A program made the position numbers and the translations under genes. From the IMG/VR virus record IMGVR_UViG_3300042308_001511, positions 62,001-126,000 of that record: a DNA stretch of 64,000 nt. One strand, 5' to 3'. Positions 28,704 to 39,407 of this stretch are shown piece by piece. The notes under the pieces were generated by a model. The model had not been told where the DNA came from. It saw nothing but the letters and a program-made list of their open reading frames with translations, and did not search any database. How positions within the stretch are numbered: position 1 is the first letter of the stretch; every line of letters begins with the position of its first letter.

Positions 28704-29567
28704 ATGATTATAAGAAAAATAGGTGATAAGAAACCGAATGTACTCGTTTTTCAAGGTTCACCACGAGATTTAGATACTTGTCCTGGTATGGAATCAAAAA
28801 CCGATAAGATATTAAAAGCGACGATTGAGAGATACTCGCCTTTTATTGATTTTACAATTATTGACCTATCAGTTAACACATCTAAGAAACCGAATATACA
28901 ACCATGTAAAGGTTGTGTATCTACTGCGGGTGGATATCATTGTCACTTTCCGTGTTCCTGTTATTTTAAAGGTGGTAAGACTACAGATTTATTAGCAGAG
29001 TTAGATGTATATGACAGATTACAAAAATGTGATGCATTTCTTATATTTTCTCCTATACACTGGCATTCACTAACATCACAAATAAAAACGCTTTTCGATA
29101 GATTGGTTTGTATAAACCAGACATTAACTATAGATGATGCTAAAAAGATAACCGGTGATGAAATAAAAAATGTTGAAAAAACTGGGAAATTAGCAAGGAG
29201 TGGTAAGTATGACGGAATGTTAAGAAATCATCTTGAAGGTAAGGTATGTGGATTCTTTGTACATGGTGATGATGGTGCAGACGATTATGATGGAAAAAAA
29301 CTTCCTGATTCGTATGACGTTTTAAATGATAATTTTTCATTAGATCCTAAGAGTGTGGTTATGCCTTATGTTATGCAGATGAAATATTCTGGAGTTTTCG
29401 TTCCTGATGAGTTAATAGAGGTATTTTATATGAATAAAGGGATTGACTATAACACTGCAAATAGAACACTTGTTAAGAATAAAGAACCTTTTGATAGAGC
29501 ATTCACATTGATAGAAAGATTATTAGAATATTTAGATGTGAGAAGTAAAGAAAACAAATTGATCTAA
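28704..29567 (+). CDS. flavodoxin-like/iron-sulfur flavoprotein (FMN reductase family)
   Basis: QGSPR, PCKGC...C..PC.C, SPIHW, KTLFDRL. Confidence 0.85.
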   Translation: MIIRKIGDKKPNVLVFQGSPRDLDTCPGMESKTDKILKATIERYSPFIDFTIIDLSVNTSKKPNIQPCKGCVSTAGGYHCHFPCSCYFKGGKTTDLLAELDVYDRLQKCDAFLIFSPIHWHSLTSQIKTLFDRLVCINQTLTIDDAKKITGDEIKNVEKTGKLARSGKYDGMLRNHLEGKVCGFFVHGDDGADDYDGKKLPDSYDVLNDNFSLDPKSVVMPYVMQMKYSGVFVPDELIEVFYMNKGIDYNTANRTLVKNKEPFDRAFTLIERLLEYLDVRSKENKLI

Positions 29568-29609
29568 AACGTATAGTATAAGGATAGATTTTTTTTTACT
29601 ATATAACAG

Positions 29610-30053
29610 ATGAATTTTTACCAAGAGATGGCAATGTTTTTGCCAATTGCATTTAAAGTGCTAATAGCCACAATATGTGGTGCTATAGTAGGATATGAAC
29701 GTGAACTTAAAAATAAAAGTGCAGGTCTTAGAACAATTATATTGATTTGTGTTGGATCGTGTCTTTTCACAGTTGCATCGTTTGTTGCTGCTAAATATAC
29801 GGGTGACCCAACACGTATACTCTCAACAATTGTAACCGGTATCGGATTTTTAGGAGGTGGTGTAATTATGCAACATGAGGACAAACTTGTTGGTATAACA
29901 ACTGCCGCCTTTATATGGGTTGTTTCTGCCATTGGTATATTATGTGGACTTGGTATGGTTATGCCGCCAATTATCCTTACATTAGGCCTCGTCGGAATGT
30001 CAACATTTCTGGCTAAATATGAAAGAAAGATAAGAAAGGATGATAGAGATTGA
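29610..30053 (+). CDS. mgtC: MgtC/SapB family membrane protein
   Basis: GYERE...AGLRT, DPTRI, TGIGFLGGG, GITTAA.IW. Confidence 0.92.
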   Translation: MNFYQEMAMFLPIAFKVLIATICGAIVGYERELKNKSAGLRTIILICVGSCLFTVASFVAAKYTGDPTRILSTIVTGIGFLGGGVIMQHEDKLVGITTAAFIWVVSAIGILCGLGMVMPPIILTLGLVGMSTFLAKYERKIRKDDRD

Positions 30054-30528
30054 GAGAAAGTTCCTACTGAAGTCATTACCGGATATAGAACCGGTTGACA
30101 AAATAAAAATTTGGCAATACTACTACAAAAACTCGGAAGGTATCTGGGAAAGAGCTAGACAGATGGATTCCAAAGTAAAGGGTAAGAAGTTTGTACACAC
30201 TGTTAAGACTCGTATATCTGATATGTCGAATGATGAACAAGAGAAAGAGCTCACAAAAGCAGAGTTCTACGACTTCAGAAGGAGGTGTGTTAAATATCCT
30301 GGTAGTTCGAAGATGTTGAAAAAAACCCGACACATATATACCGATGGTGAATTGAAGTGGGAGGTAGATCTTTTTACGGAATCTGCCACACTTATTATAG
30401 CCGAAGTCGAAATACCGTCAGAAGATTATGATTTACAAATTCCAGACTTCATAACAAAAAAGATGCTTCTTGAAGTAACTACAATGAAACAATTTGGTAA
30501 CAGAAGTATTGCAAATAAAATAAGATAG
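30040..30528 (+). CDS. CYTH-domain triphosphatase/adenylate cyclase-like protein
   Basis: EIERKF, KTRH, WEVD, AEVE. Confidence 0.9.
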   Translation: MIEIERKFLLKSLPDIEPVDKIKIWQYYYKNSEGIWERARQMDSKVKGKKFVHTVKTRISDMSNDEQEKELTKAEFYDFRRRCVKYPGSSKMLKKTRHIYTDGELKWEVDLFTESATLIIAEVEIPSEDYDLQIPDFITKKMLLEVTTMKQFGNRSIANKIR

Positions 30529-30567
30529 ATTTTTCGAAACTATACCTATGTGACAGGTATAATTCAT

Positions 30568-31152
30568 ATGGAAGATAAACTTGAACTTAGGATGTATGGA
30601 ATAGTTCCATACAATATATCCGCGATCCAACAGGCAATACAGTTTGGTCATGCTACTGTCGAGTATGGTCAGATGGTCAAAAGGGAAAAAACTGATGTAC
30701 TTTATAACGATTGGGCAGACAACTGGAAAACGTTTATAATTTTAAACGGAGGAACTTCTAACCATAGTCAGAACCGATATCATGAAGGTGAATTTACTGG
30801 AAGTATGGAGGGACACCTTATAACACTCAATGAGATTGGTATACCGAATGCCACGTTTTATGAGCCAGATTTGAATGATATGCTTTCTGCGGTTGTTTTT
30901 ATAGTGGACGAGAGAGTATTCAATCGTAAGAAATACTTAGACCTGGGTGACTGGATCTGGATGAACAAAAGTGAATATCTCACAGATAGAATGATTACAA
31001 CACAAAAGATTGACAAAATGTACAGGAACGGTTATTTTCAGACAGACGCTAACAAAGATGAAAGAGAAATCTACGAAGAGTGGGTGAATTCAATTGGTGG
31101 TGAGAAGAATGTAAGACTTCGAGACTTTTTATCAGGATTGAAATTGGCCTAA
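30568..31152 (+). CDS. peptidyl-tRNA hydrolase 2-like protein
   Basis: QAIQFGHA, W...KTFIIL, FYEPDL..MLSAV. Confidence 0.6.
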   Translation: MEDKLELRMYGIVPYNISAIQQAIQFGHATVEYGQMVKREKTDVLYNDWADNWKTFIILNGGTSNHSQNRYHEGEFTGSMEGHLITLNEIGIPNATFYEPDLNDMLSAVVFIVDERVFNRKKYLDLGDWIWMNKSEYLTDRMITTQKIDKMYRNGYFQTDANKDEREIYEEWVNSIGGEKNVRLRDFLSGLKLA

Positions 31153-31433
31153 TGGATATAGATGAAAGACTTAGTGTATATTTGGTTGATATCATACAGA
31201 ATTATGAGCAAATGAATAATCAGTACCAAGACGTTGAAAACGTTAATATAACTGAGTTTAAACGAACTGAAATAATGGGCGAGGTAAAAGTACAGGCTGA
31301 ATATGTTTACGACCTATATAGTAGGTTTGATCGTAAGTGGCATCTTAAAGGTAAGCCGGGTAGAATAAGTTTAACTGATAGTGATTTTAAAAGTTACTAC
31401 AGGGATATAAAGATAGACCAATTGTTCGAATGA
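31152..31433 (+). CDS. hypothetical protein with C-terminal RDxKIxxL motif
   Basis: Ends YYRDIKIDQLFE. Confidence 0.65.
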   Translation: MDIDERLSVYLVDIIQNYEQMNNQYQDVENVNITEFKRTEIMGEVKVQAEYVYDLYSRFDRKWHLKGKPGRISLTDSDFKSYYRDIKIDQLFE

Positions 31434-31798
31434 TGGAATGGATGAAAATAGATGGTGAAACTTATATGATAGAAGCCATAACAACGCAGTTTAGTGAGGA
31501 TCAACACAACATAAAATCTGTTGTGTTTGTAAAAGATTTAGTATCGGAACAGAAAATAATTGACTTATATGAGTCTGGTAATAGTTTTGAATTTGAGACT
31601 AATAAATGGAAATTTACTGGGTCACGAATAAAATCTATAACTTTCGACACATCAGGTGTCGTATTCGACATCGTCTCCAGGAATGGTGGTATGAAGTCAA
31701 TACAATATGAGAGGGATAAAAGAATAGATGAATTATTCGGATATGAAACTCCGGACGACATTAATGATATAAACACAGAACCAAAAAACCATAAATAG
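31430..31798 (+). CDS. hypothetical protein with RDxRIxxL motif
   Basis: YERDKRIDELFG near C-terminus. Confidence 0.65.
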   Translation: MMEWMKIDGETYMIEAITTQFSEDQHNIKSVVFVKDLVSEQKIIDLYESGNSFEFETNKWKFTGSRIKSITFDTSGVVFDIVSRNGGMKSIQYERDKRIDELFGYETPDDINDINTEPKNHK

Positions 31799-31801
31799 TA
31801 T

Positions 31802-33922
31802 ATGGATAAAAATATGCAAAAAGAAAACGAGTATATCAAACGCCAACACGAGGTGAGGGCCGCGATAGAAGACGATGACGATGACGATAAACCTTTTGGT
31901 TCATCTTCGTCCAAAAAACCAGATTCTAAGTCTAAGACTCCAGTGCTTGATACTTATAGCCGAGATCTTACAAAGATGGCAGAAGAAGGTAAATTAGACC
32001 CAATCGTAGGTCGTGAGAAAGAGATTGAGAGAGTTTCTCAAATACTTTCAAGAAGAAAGAAAAACAATCCTATTCTAATTGGTGAACCGGGTGTTGGTAA
32101 GTCATCTGTAGCAGAAGGTCTTGCACTTCGAATTGTTCAGAGGAAAGTTTCCAGAATACTCTTTAATAAAAGAGTGGTTATGTTGGACCTTGCTTCGATG
32201 GTAGCTGGGACAAAATATCGTGGTCAGTTCGAAGAAAGAATTAAAGCACTTATGGGTGAGGTTGAGAAGAACCCTGATGTTATTCTTTTTATTGATGAAA
32301 TACACACTATGATTGGTGCTGGTGGTGCCTCTGGATCTATGGATGCGAGTAATATGTTCAAACCTGCATTATCGAGAGGTGAGATTCAAATTATTGGTGC
32401 TACAACACTTGATGAATACCGTAAACACATTGAGAAGGATGGTGCATTAGAGAGAAGGTTTCAAAAAGTAATGATTGAACCTGCTAGTCCAGAAGAGACA
32501 ATTGAAATCATCGGTAACATTAAAGACAAATATGAGTCGCACCACAATGTTAATTATACAGAGGCCGCAATAAAGGCTTGTGTTGATCTTACATCAAGGT
32601 ATATTACTGATAGGTTCCTTCCTGATAAAGCTATTGATGCACTTGACGAGGCAGGATCCAGAGTACACATATCTAATATTGTTGTTCCTAAGGAGATTAC
32701 TGATATTGAGAAACAGATATTTGACATCAAAGATAAAAAACACGATGTAATTAGATCTCAGAAGTATGAAGAAGCTGCAAAACTTAGAGACGTTGAACGT
32801 AAGTTGAATGAGGCACTTGATAAAGCGAGAAAAGAGTGGGAGTCTGAATCTGAGAAGAATAGACAGACTGTTACTGAAGACAACGTTGCAGAGGTTGTTT
32901 CAATGATGACTGGAATTCCACTTCAAAAAGTGGGTGAAAAGGAGAATGAGAGACTTTCTAGGATGTATTCTGAAATTGCTGGTAAAGTTGTTGGTCAGGA
33001 TGAGGCTGTAAGAAAAGTGGTTCGTGCTATACAAAGAGGTCGAGTTGGAATGAAAGACGCTAACAAACCTGTGTTCAGTGGTATGTTGATTGGTAACTCA
33101 GGTGTTGGTAAAACAGAATTAGCTAAACAAATTGCTAAGTATTTATTTGACTCTGAGGATTCTATGATTAGATTAGATATGTCTGAATATATGGATAAGA
33201 TATCTATGACTAAAATACAGGGATCTGCACCAGGATACGTTGGGTATGAAGATGCGAATATTCTTGATAGAATTAGAAGAAAACCTTATTCTGTTGTCTT
33301 ATTTGATGAGATTGAAAAGGCGCACCCAGAAGTATTCAACATATTTTTACAGATGCTTGACGATGGACATGTTACAGACTCACACGGAAGAAAAGTAAGT
33401 TTCAAAAATTGTATCATACTTATGACTTCCAACGTAGGAACTAGACAAGTCAAAGATTTTGGAACTGGTGTTGGTTTCTCTACAAAAAACAGAGAATCGA
33501 TGAAAGAAGATGAAATCAAATCTATTCTTGAGAAAGAATTGAAAAATAAATTCGCACCTGAGTTTATAAACAGACTTGATGACATCATCTACTTCAAAGA
33601 TCTTGGTAAGGGTGAGATAATGAAGATTGTTGATTTAGAACTTACTAAAACTATCAAGAGAGCATCTGATATAGGATTTCCTATTGAACTCACAGAAACA
33701 CTCAAAAACCATTTGGTTGAGGTTGGATATGATCCTAAGTATGGTGCTAGACCACTTAAGAGAGCAATTCAAAGATGGGTTGATGACGTTATAACAGACT
33801 TCATAATAGAGACAAACCCTGCAGAGGGAACTAATCTATACCTTGATTATGACTCTGAGAAGGAAGAGACTATAATAAAGTCTGAAAAACCTAAGAAGAA
33901 AAGGAGTAAAAAATCTAACTAA
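31802..33922 (+). CDS. clpC: ClpC-type AAA+ unfoldase lacking the N-terminal Clp repeat domain
   Basis: Two AAA+ modules (GEPGVGKS, GNSGVGKT), GTKYRG pore loop, UVR middle domain YEEAAKLRD, VGF ClpP-docking loop, GARPL. Confidence 0.92.
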   Translation: MDKNMQKENEYIKRQHEVRAAIEDDDDDDKPFGSSSSKKPDSKSKTPVLDTYSRDLTKMAEEGKLDPIVGREKEIERVSQILSRRKKNNPILIGEPGVGKSSVAEGLALRIVQRKVSRILFNKRVVMLDLASMVAGTKYRGQFEERIKALMGEVEKNPDVILFIDEIHTMIGAGGASGSMDASNMFKPALSRGEIQIIGATTLDEYRKHIEKDGALERRFQKVMIEPASPEETIEIIGNIKDKYESHHNVNYTEAAIKACVDLTSRYITDRFLPDKAIDALDEAGSRVHISNIVVPKEITDIEKQIFDIKDKKHDVIRSQKYEEAAKLRDVERKLNEALDKARKEWESESEKNRQTVTEDNVAEVVSMMTGIPLQKVGEKENERLSRMYSEIAGKVVGQDEAVRKVVRAIQRGRVGMKDANKPVFSGMLIGNSGVGKTELAKQIAKYLFDSEDSMIRLDMSEYMDKISMTKIQGSAPGYVGYEDANILDRIRRKPYSVVLFDEIEKAHPEVFNIFLQMLDDGHVTDSHGRKVSFKNCIILMTSNVGTRQVKDFGTGVGFSTKNRESMKEDEIKSILEKELKNKFAPEFINRLDDIIYFKDLGKGEIMKIVDLELTKTIKRASDIGFPIELTETLKNHLVEVGYDPKYGARPLKRAIQRWVDDVITDFIIETNPAEGTNLYLDYDSEKEETIIKSEKPKKKRSKKSN

Positions 33923-33925
33923 TTG

Positions 33926-33955
33926 AAGGAGAGTTAAAAACTCTCCTTTTTTTTT
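33926..33955 (+). terminator. intrinsic terminator
   Basis: AAGGAGAGTT-aaa-AACTCTCC-T run. Confidence 0.8.
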
Positions 33956-33980
33956 CAATATAAAAAACAAAAACTTTTAT

Positions 33981-34694
33981 ATGATACACTTACTATGGTG
34001 TACTTTGAGACCATCTCAGTTCAATCATGCACACGCACAATGGATTGAGAGAGCTGATAATTCTGAAGTTGTTACCACTTATGTGGCAGTTAATTGGAAA
34101 GAACATGCGGATGAGGTCAAACAGTACCTTGATACATCCAGAAATTATGTTATGGTAGTTAACACTAACCAAATAGGCGTTTGTTATCCATCTTACCAAT
34201 TGAGTTCCTCATTGGGAACAAAGATGGGTTCATGTGTAGATGAAGACATTGTTGTTTTTGCAAGTGATGACTTCCTTCCACCTATGGGATGGGATACCTA
34301 TCTCTTAGAACAATTGTCTGGTAAAGGAGAAGCAGCATTGATGGTACGTGATGGGTACCAATTACCGGATTCATCTAATATGTTACATCCTGCAGTTACT
34401 ATTCCAATTATGACATATTCGTGTCTTAGAAGGATGAATGGTGTTATATACCACCCTTCTTATGGACATATGTTCAGTGATTGTGAACTTTATAATAACT
34501 TAGTAGATCTTGGTCTTTTGATTGATAATCGTATGTCGGACGAGACGGTTTTTGAACATATGCATCATGCTGCTGGTAAAAGGAATGCGGACCAGGCGGA
34601 TCAGATGTATCATATGAGGTGGGCACAAGATGAGGTCAATTGGAACAAAAGACGTGTACTCTCTATTGAGGATAGAATAAAAATTGAAATATGA
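33981..34694 (+). CDS. GT2-like glycosyltransferase
   Basis: ASDDF (xDD), FSDCEL, FEHMH. Confidence 0.65.
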   Translation: MIHLLWCTLRPSQFNHAHAQWIERADNSEVVTTYVAVNWKEHADEVKQYLDTSRNYVMVVNTNQIGVCYPSYQLSSSLGTKMGSCVDEDIVVFASDDFLPPMGWDTYLLEQLSGKGEAALMVRDGYQLPDSSNMLHPAVTIPIMTYSCLRRMNGVIYHPSYGHMFSDCELYNNLVDLGLLIDNRMSDETVFEHMHHAAGKRNADQADQMYHMRWAQDEVNWNKRRVLSIEDRIKIEI

Positions 34695-35431
34695 AAATAA
34701 CATTTTTTACAACCTCAACTTTCTCTGATATACAGGAATATCAAACTGCATGTATAAGGAAATTCTTTCCTCAATCTCAACACATAAAGTTTGATGGACG
34801 AAATGGCTGGTTTTCTGTTTGGTACAGATGGTTGGATTACTCAATGTCGGTTGATTCTGATTGGTATGTTCATATAGATGAGGATTGCTTTATAACTTCA
34901 GCGGATCAAATATTAGAGCTTATTTCGGATATGGAGAAAAATGGTATCGATATTGCAGGTCCACCTGACGGTCACTTCGAATATAGATCCGGAAACCATA
35001 TGGCATTGAATGCATTTTTTATGGTTATGAATCGTCGATGTATAGAAGCTTGGGCAAATAGAGTAATTATTCCTCAGTTTCGAGAAGAATGGATAGAAGA
35101 ATATCCTTTTGATAAAAGGAATGGTACTCGTTATGAGTATGATATGGAGTTTGGATCTTCCGGAAAACCATTGGGTATGATATGGAAGCCAGAGACAGAA
35201 CCTTACTATGATTTCTTTTGGGTTTTGAAGGATGCAGGTTTAAAATTCCGTTATCTCGAACCGGTATTTGGTGAAGAACTTCAGACTACTGATTTGTTGG
35301 CAGGTTCTGTAACACATCTGTGGCATCAGAGAGAGAGGTTTGCGGATTATGTAGTTTCTCCACTACATAGTATGACAAATCGTAATAGGTACGAACTTAT
35401 GATAGATAAAATTAAAAAAACTATTCTCTAA
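34691..35431 (+). CDS. GT-A-like glycosyltransferase
   Basis: HIDEDCF DxD motif; THLWH. Confidence 0.55.
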   Translation: MKITFFTTSTFSDIQEYQTACIRKFFPQSQHIKFDGRNGWFSVWYRWLDYSMSVDSDWYVHIDEDCFITSADQILELISDMEKNGIDIAGPPDGHFEYRSGNHMALNAFFMVMNRRCIEAWANRVIIPQFREEWIEEYPFDKRNGTRYEYDMEFGSSGKPLGMIWKPETEPYYDFFWVLKDAGLKFRYLEPVFGEELQTTDLLAGSVTHLWHQRERFADYVVSPLHSMTNRNRYELMIDKIKKTIL

Positions 35432-35435
35432 AAAT

Positions 35436-36125
35436 ATGAAAACATATGTTTATATAAATGTGGCAGTTATGGGTACGGTCAACTCGGTTCTCTCAAAACT
35501 TTTGTCTAATGTAAGAAAAAGTGGTCTGTACGAATTCTGTGATGGAATATATTTAGTTGTTAATGGTGATAGGTCTTTGTTGAATGTAGATTTATCCGGT
35601 GATAAGATTAACGTGATTGAAAACGGAAATGATCTCTCTGTGTGTGAGTTTCCAACTATAACAAAAATTTTCGAACATTCATTGAAAGAGGATTTCCGTG
35701 TTCTTTATATACACACAAAAGGTGTATCAAAGGGACATCCCTTCATTGAAGATTGGACAAGCCTTTTGGCATACTTCAACGTTACTAAATGGAAGGATCG
35801 TCTATCCGAATTAGAATCAAATGATTGTACCGGTATAAACCACTTCGGTAATAAAGAGGATGTTTACACACATCCTGCATACTGGGGATATGGGAAGACT
35901 CCTGTACATTATAGTGGAAACTTCTGGTGGTCAAAATCAGAACATATAAGAACTCTTGCACACCCGATAAGTTGGGCACCAGATGGTAATCTTTTTAGGT
36001 GGAGGATGATGGCAGAGATGTGGGTATGTTCCAGTAGTGTTGGTAAGTACCATTGTGCGTATAACTCTAACGTCGACCACTATCAGAACCCTTATCCTGC
36101 ATCTATATATGAACTAAACGATTAG
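35436..36125 (+). CDS. glycosyltransferase-like protein
   Basis: YIHTKG, HYSGNFWW, AEMW motifs; lies in the GT cluster. Confidence 0.5.
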   Translation: MKTYVYINVAVMGTVNSVLSKLLSNVRKSGLYEFCDGIYLVVNGDRSLLNVDLSGDKINVIENGNDLSVCEFPTITKIFEHSLKEDFRVLYIHTKGVSKGHPFIEDWTSLLAYFNVTKWKDRLSELESNDCTGINHFGNKEDVYTHPAYWGYGKTPVHYSGNFWWSKSEHIRTLAHPISWAPDGNLFRWRMMAEMWVCSSSVGKYHCAYNSNVDHYQNPYPASIYELND

Positions 36126-36800
36126 AGATTCTAACATAGCTATCATCTTTGGTTGTGGCGATATGTCTGTTTTATCTCTTCTGTAAGAATTATGAGTATA
36201 AACACCAGGTACTCCTTTCAGAGCATTTGCTGACACGTCCCACATATCTGATGGTTTATATTCTAAAGGAATTCCATAAGTATTATTCCAATGTACTAAT
36301 AATTGTCTAACTGATTCAATTTGTGCGTCTGTATAAGCGTGATAATACTTATGTCCTTTATAAGGTTTATCCAATTCACATACTTGTGAATTGGGTATTT
36401 CTCTATTAACGTAGTTTATAAATTTATTACCTACTTTTGTCAATGGTCCCCAGTTACAAATCTCAATACCAATAGATATCTTATCAATATTTTGATAAGG
36501 CACACCTACCGATTTAAATACATCGGGTTTGATACCCAAATGATATGCCCAATACTTAGATGAAAATGCTTGACAAATTTCTCCATCAAAAGTATCTTTG
36601 GATAATCCATTACCTGAAATTGTAACACACGTTGCAATTCTACCTCTATCATCAGAATCCCACATTTTTATTGTTGCTGGTCCGGATGAGTTTCCTGCGG
36701 TATGGTGTAATACAATCTGAAATTTCTTAGTTTCTTCCTTAATGTATTGGACTTCCATCATTGGAATCTGTTTAATATTTTTAGTATCTAACTTTTTCAT
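36114..36800 (-). CDS. N-acetylmuramoyl-L-alanine amidase (putative endolysin)
   Basis: IVLHHTA, WAYH, SIGIEI, YTDAQI, TH...KTD Amidase_2 motifs. Confidence 0.88.
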   Translation of the reverse strand: MKKLDTKNIKQIPMMEVQYIKEETKKFQIVLHHTAGNSSGPATIKMWDSDDRGRIATCVTISGNGLSKDTFDGEICQAFSSKYWAYHLGIKPDVFKSVGVPYQNIDKISIGIEICNWGPLTKVGNKFINYVNREIPNSQVCELDKPYKGHKYYHAYTDAQIESVRQLLVHWNNTYGIPLEYKPSDMWDVSANALKGVPGVYTHNSYRRDKTDISPQPKMIAMLESLIV

Positions 36801-36805
36801 TTTTG

Positions 36806-37450
36806 TTAACGTTTTTTCTTCCAGTGTTCGACTAGGAAATTATCTTTTATGTTGTTATTGTTTAATATGGTAGGTATATCATTATCAATTAATATTTTCC
36901 TTTGATCCATCAAAAATTCTATGTCATAGAAGTTGAAGTGGAAGTTCATAGTGAAGTCTTTTGCAGTTATTTTCTGTTGTGAGTAGTTAAAAGTATTTTC
37001 CTGAAGTCCTTTTATGATTATTTCGAAGAACTTTATTCTGTATATGGCGTCTCTATGTATGTCAACACACGTTATTGTAAATGGCATAACGTATTGATTC
37101 TGTAAATCAAGGTAGTGTTTTGTTATTATGTCAAACATTAACCAATAATTCAAATCTGAATCTACCGATCTAAAAGTAACGGTGAGGTCGTGTGTTGTTG
37201 TTATATCCTGAACGTTTTTTGCTGGTTTGTATTGCCTTTCTTTTCCTCTTGGTAGTATTTGTTTTGGCATTTCGAAACTTATTCCCGGAAAATTAACACT
37301 TTTTATAGTTGAACTTAAGTAGTCTATTACGTTTTCGTATTGTACAAAGTTCTTTTCGAGTATTCCTTGATAATATTCTATAGTCTCCGGTTTCAAAAAA
37401 TCTGTTGGAAGATTGAATACAAATTGTGACGACTGTGAACTAATTCTCAT
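36806..37450 (-). CDS. tail-tube-fold protein (T4 gp3/gp19-like)
   Basis: IKSVNFPGISF, LTVTF...NY, FTMNF.F pattern. Confidence 0.55.
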   Translation of the reverse strand: MRISSQSSQFVFNLPTDFLKPETIEYYQGILEKNFVQYENVIDYLSSTIKSVNFPGISFEMPKQILPRGKERQYKPAKNVQDITTTHDLTVTFRSVDSDLNYWLMFDIITKHYLDLQNQYVMPFTITCVDIHRDAIYRIKFFEIIIKGLQENTFNYSQQKITAKDFTMNFHFNFYDIEFLMDQRKILIDNDIPTILNNNNIKDNFLVEHWKKKR

Positions 37451-37471
37451 TTTCTTTACTTATGTTTTTTT

Positions 37472-39364
37472 CTACGGTTTTTTGTTCGGTGTCGTCGATT
37501 GAGTTACCTGTTTATAAGTTACCGTTGCGGTTTCTTTTCCGTAGTTAGGATCTGTTTTAGTCGTAGGTTGTGTGGTTGTTGCAGCAGCAGTTTGTGTTGC
37601 GTTATTCAACGTTCCTATGTTAGTTGTTGTGTCGTATATCTGATATAAACCATTATATACCTGTGTCGAACCTCCTGCATTTGTGGCGGTTATATAGAAT
37701 ATATTATTACCTGTAGAGAAAATCTTCTTTATAGATAGAAACCTGGATTCTGGTATTTTGAAAACAATAACACCGCCTGCGGTGTTTATCTCATTTGATT
37801 GTGTCATTATTGGAAACTCTTCTTTGGCGGAATCGTTTTTGAATACTATTTTTATTTCACCCAATCCACTCATATCTAGGTAATTTGGTGCTGTTGAATC
37901 TCCAGTTGCTATAACAAACTTAAGTATGTTGTCAAACGGATATATCTTTATGACCATTTTGCCCTCTCCGAAAAATAGGTTGTTGTTTATTATTACATTA
38001 TCAGATTTTCCGATAACGTTAAACTTCTCTACCAATACTGGATATGGTTCCTTAACTACGGTTGTAGTATTTCCACCGGTTCCTATTCCACCCATTGCAT
38101 TTCCATTTCCGGTCGATGCACCTTTGGCGAATGCTGGTCCTTTTTTATATCCTATTCCGGTTCTTCCTCTGGATGCGTTTGGAAGACCTAATGCGTTAGT
38201 CTTGCCTAAAAGAGATGCGTCTATACTATTTTTAATGTTGTATATCTTTGGTTTGTTGGCATTCTCTAGGTTTATCTTTGTGAGATTCATACTGTATTTA
38301 GAAACCTCGTCTTGTAACATACCGTATGATGCTCTTCTTATTATGGTGCTTTTATCGGCATCATCTATTAATCTCATTTCAACATCTATTATTGCAGTTG
38401 TTGTGGAGTATTTTATTATTGGTCTATAGTCTATAGTCTCGTTGAATCCCTCTGTTACCGTGAATGTTATAGTCTTTCCCCTTACATTCTGTTCGAACAT
38501 AGTTACTGAATATTCTATGTAATATCTCTGTCCCATCCTGTATGAGTCGTCGAGAAACTTTTTGAATTCTGTTATGTTTTCATTGAATGTTCCGAATATC
38601 TCGAAGTAATCTCCATTTTTTGAATGTTGTACTTTAACTGCTAAATCTTCGTACTCTGGAGTCTGAGGTACACTGGTGGTAAGTTTATCACCAAGTGTGT
38701 ATGATTTTATACCATTTATTGTTTGTTTTCCTCCTATGAATACAAAGTCAATGAATATAGGTGATGTTGGACTAAGTCCGAGACCACCAGATAGATTTTG
38801 GTTTATACTATTCGGTTTTGGTTCTCCGTTTGCAAGTTGAGAAGAAACTCCTGCAGCTGACGGTATTTCAACTACTACTGCCTTTCCCCATAGTTTCTCT
38901 TGGAAGAGAAGTGGTGGTGCAGAGTATTTCATCAGATATTGCTGAGACGAATCAGTCATATCGAAGAAGAAGTTTGAAAGATTTATCTCAATACTTCCAG
39001 TTGCATCCATAACATAAGACCTCATATAGAAGCCTATGTACTCACCAAAGTTCCAGTTTATAGGAAGGTGTATCTTTATTGTGTCGTGACGAGTTGGTGT
39101 GCCTGATGCATAATCACTCACTTGTTGATATGAGTAGTAATCAGGATTCATAACACCATATCTTGTACCTGTAAAGTCGAGATTTATTATTGTATTTAAC
39201 GATGTGTTTCCTGTGGTACTCGTATCTGCTGCAATATAAGATCTTGTACGTGTTCTTGTGTCGGTAAGTATTTTGTACCTGTCGTTTATTAGGTTTGTGT
39301 CGTTATAGACGTACTCCATTAGCACGTCTTTGTCTAGTTTTATAAACTTTGAAAGCTTAGACAT
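37472..39364 (-). CDS. putative virion structural protein
   Basis: 630 aa, beta-rich, late-type promoter, co-transcribed with the tail gene. Confidence 0.6.
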   Translation of the reverse strand: MSKLSKFIKLDKDVLMEYVYNDTNLINDRYKILTDTRTRTRSYIAADTSTTGNTSLNTIINLDFTGTRYGVMNPDYYSYQQVSDYASGTPTRHDTIKIHLPINWNFGEYIGFYMRSYVMDATGSIEINLSNFFFDMTDSSQQYLMKYSAPPLLFQEKLWGKAVVVEIPSAAGVSSQLANGEPKPNSINQNLSGGLGLSPTSPIFIDFVFIGGKQTINGIKSYTLGDKLTTSVPQTPEYEDLAVKVQHSKNGDYFEIFGTFNENITEFKKFLDDSYRMGQRYYIEYSVTMFEQNVRGKTITFTVTEGFNETIDYRPIIKYSTTTAIIDVEMRLIDDADKSTIIRRASYGMLQDEVSKYSMNLTKINLENANKPKIYNIKNSIDASLLGKTNALGLPNASRGRTGIGYKKGPAFAKGASTGNGNAMGGIGTGGNTTTVVKEPYPVLVEKFNVIGKSDNVIINNNLFFGEGKMVIKIYPFDNILKFVIATGDSTAPNYLDMSGLGEIKIVFKNDSAKEEFPIMTQSNEINTAGGVIVFKIPESRFLSIKKIFSTGNNIFYITATNAGGSTQVYNGLYQIYDTTTNIGTLNNATQTAAATTTQPTTKTDPNYGKETATVTYKQVTQSTTPNKKP

Positions 39365-39407
39365 TTCGGAATTTAATTTTCCATATATATAAAAAAAAGG
39401 CTTCTCA

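Noticed and set aside
29618-30076. Antisense ORF over mgtC, and similar overlapping ORFs such as 10234, 11950, 37926, 48871 and 62185
   Set aside because: Opposite-strand shadows of well-supported genes with no motifs or start signals
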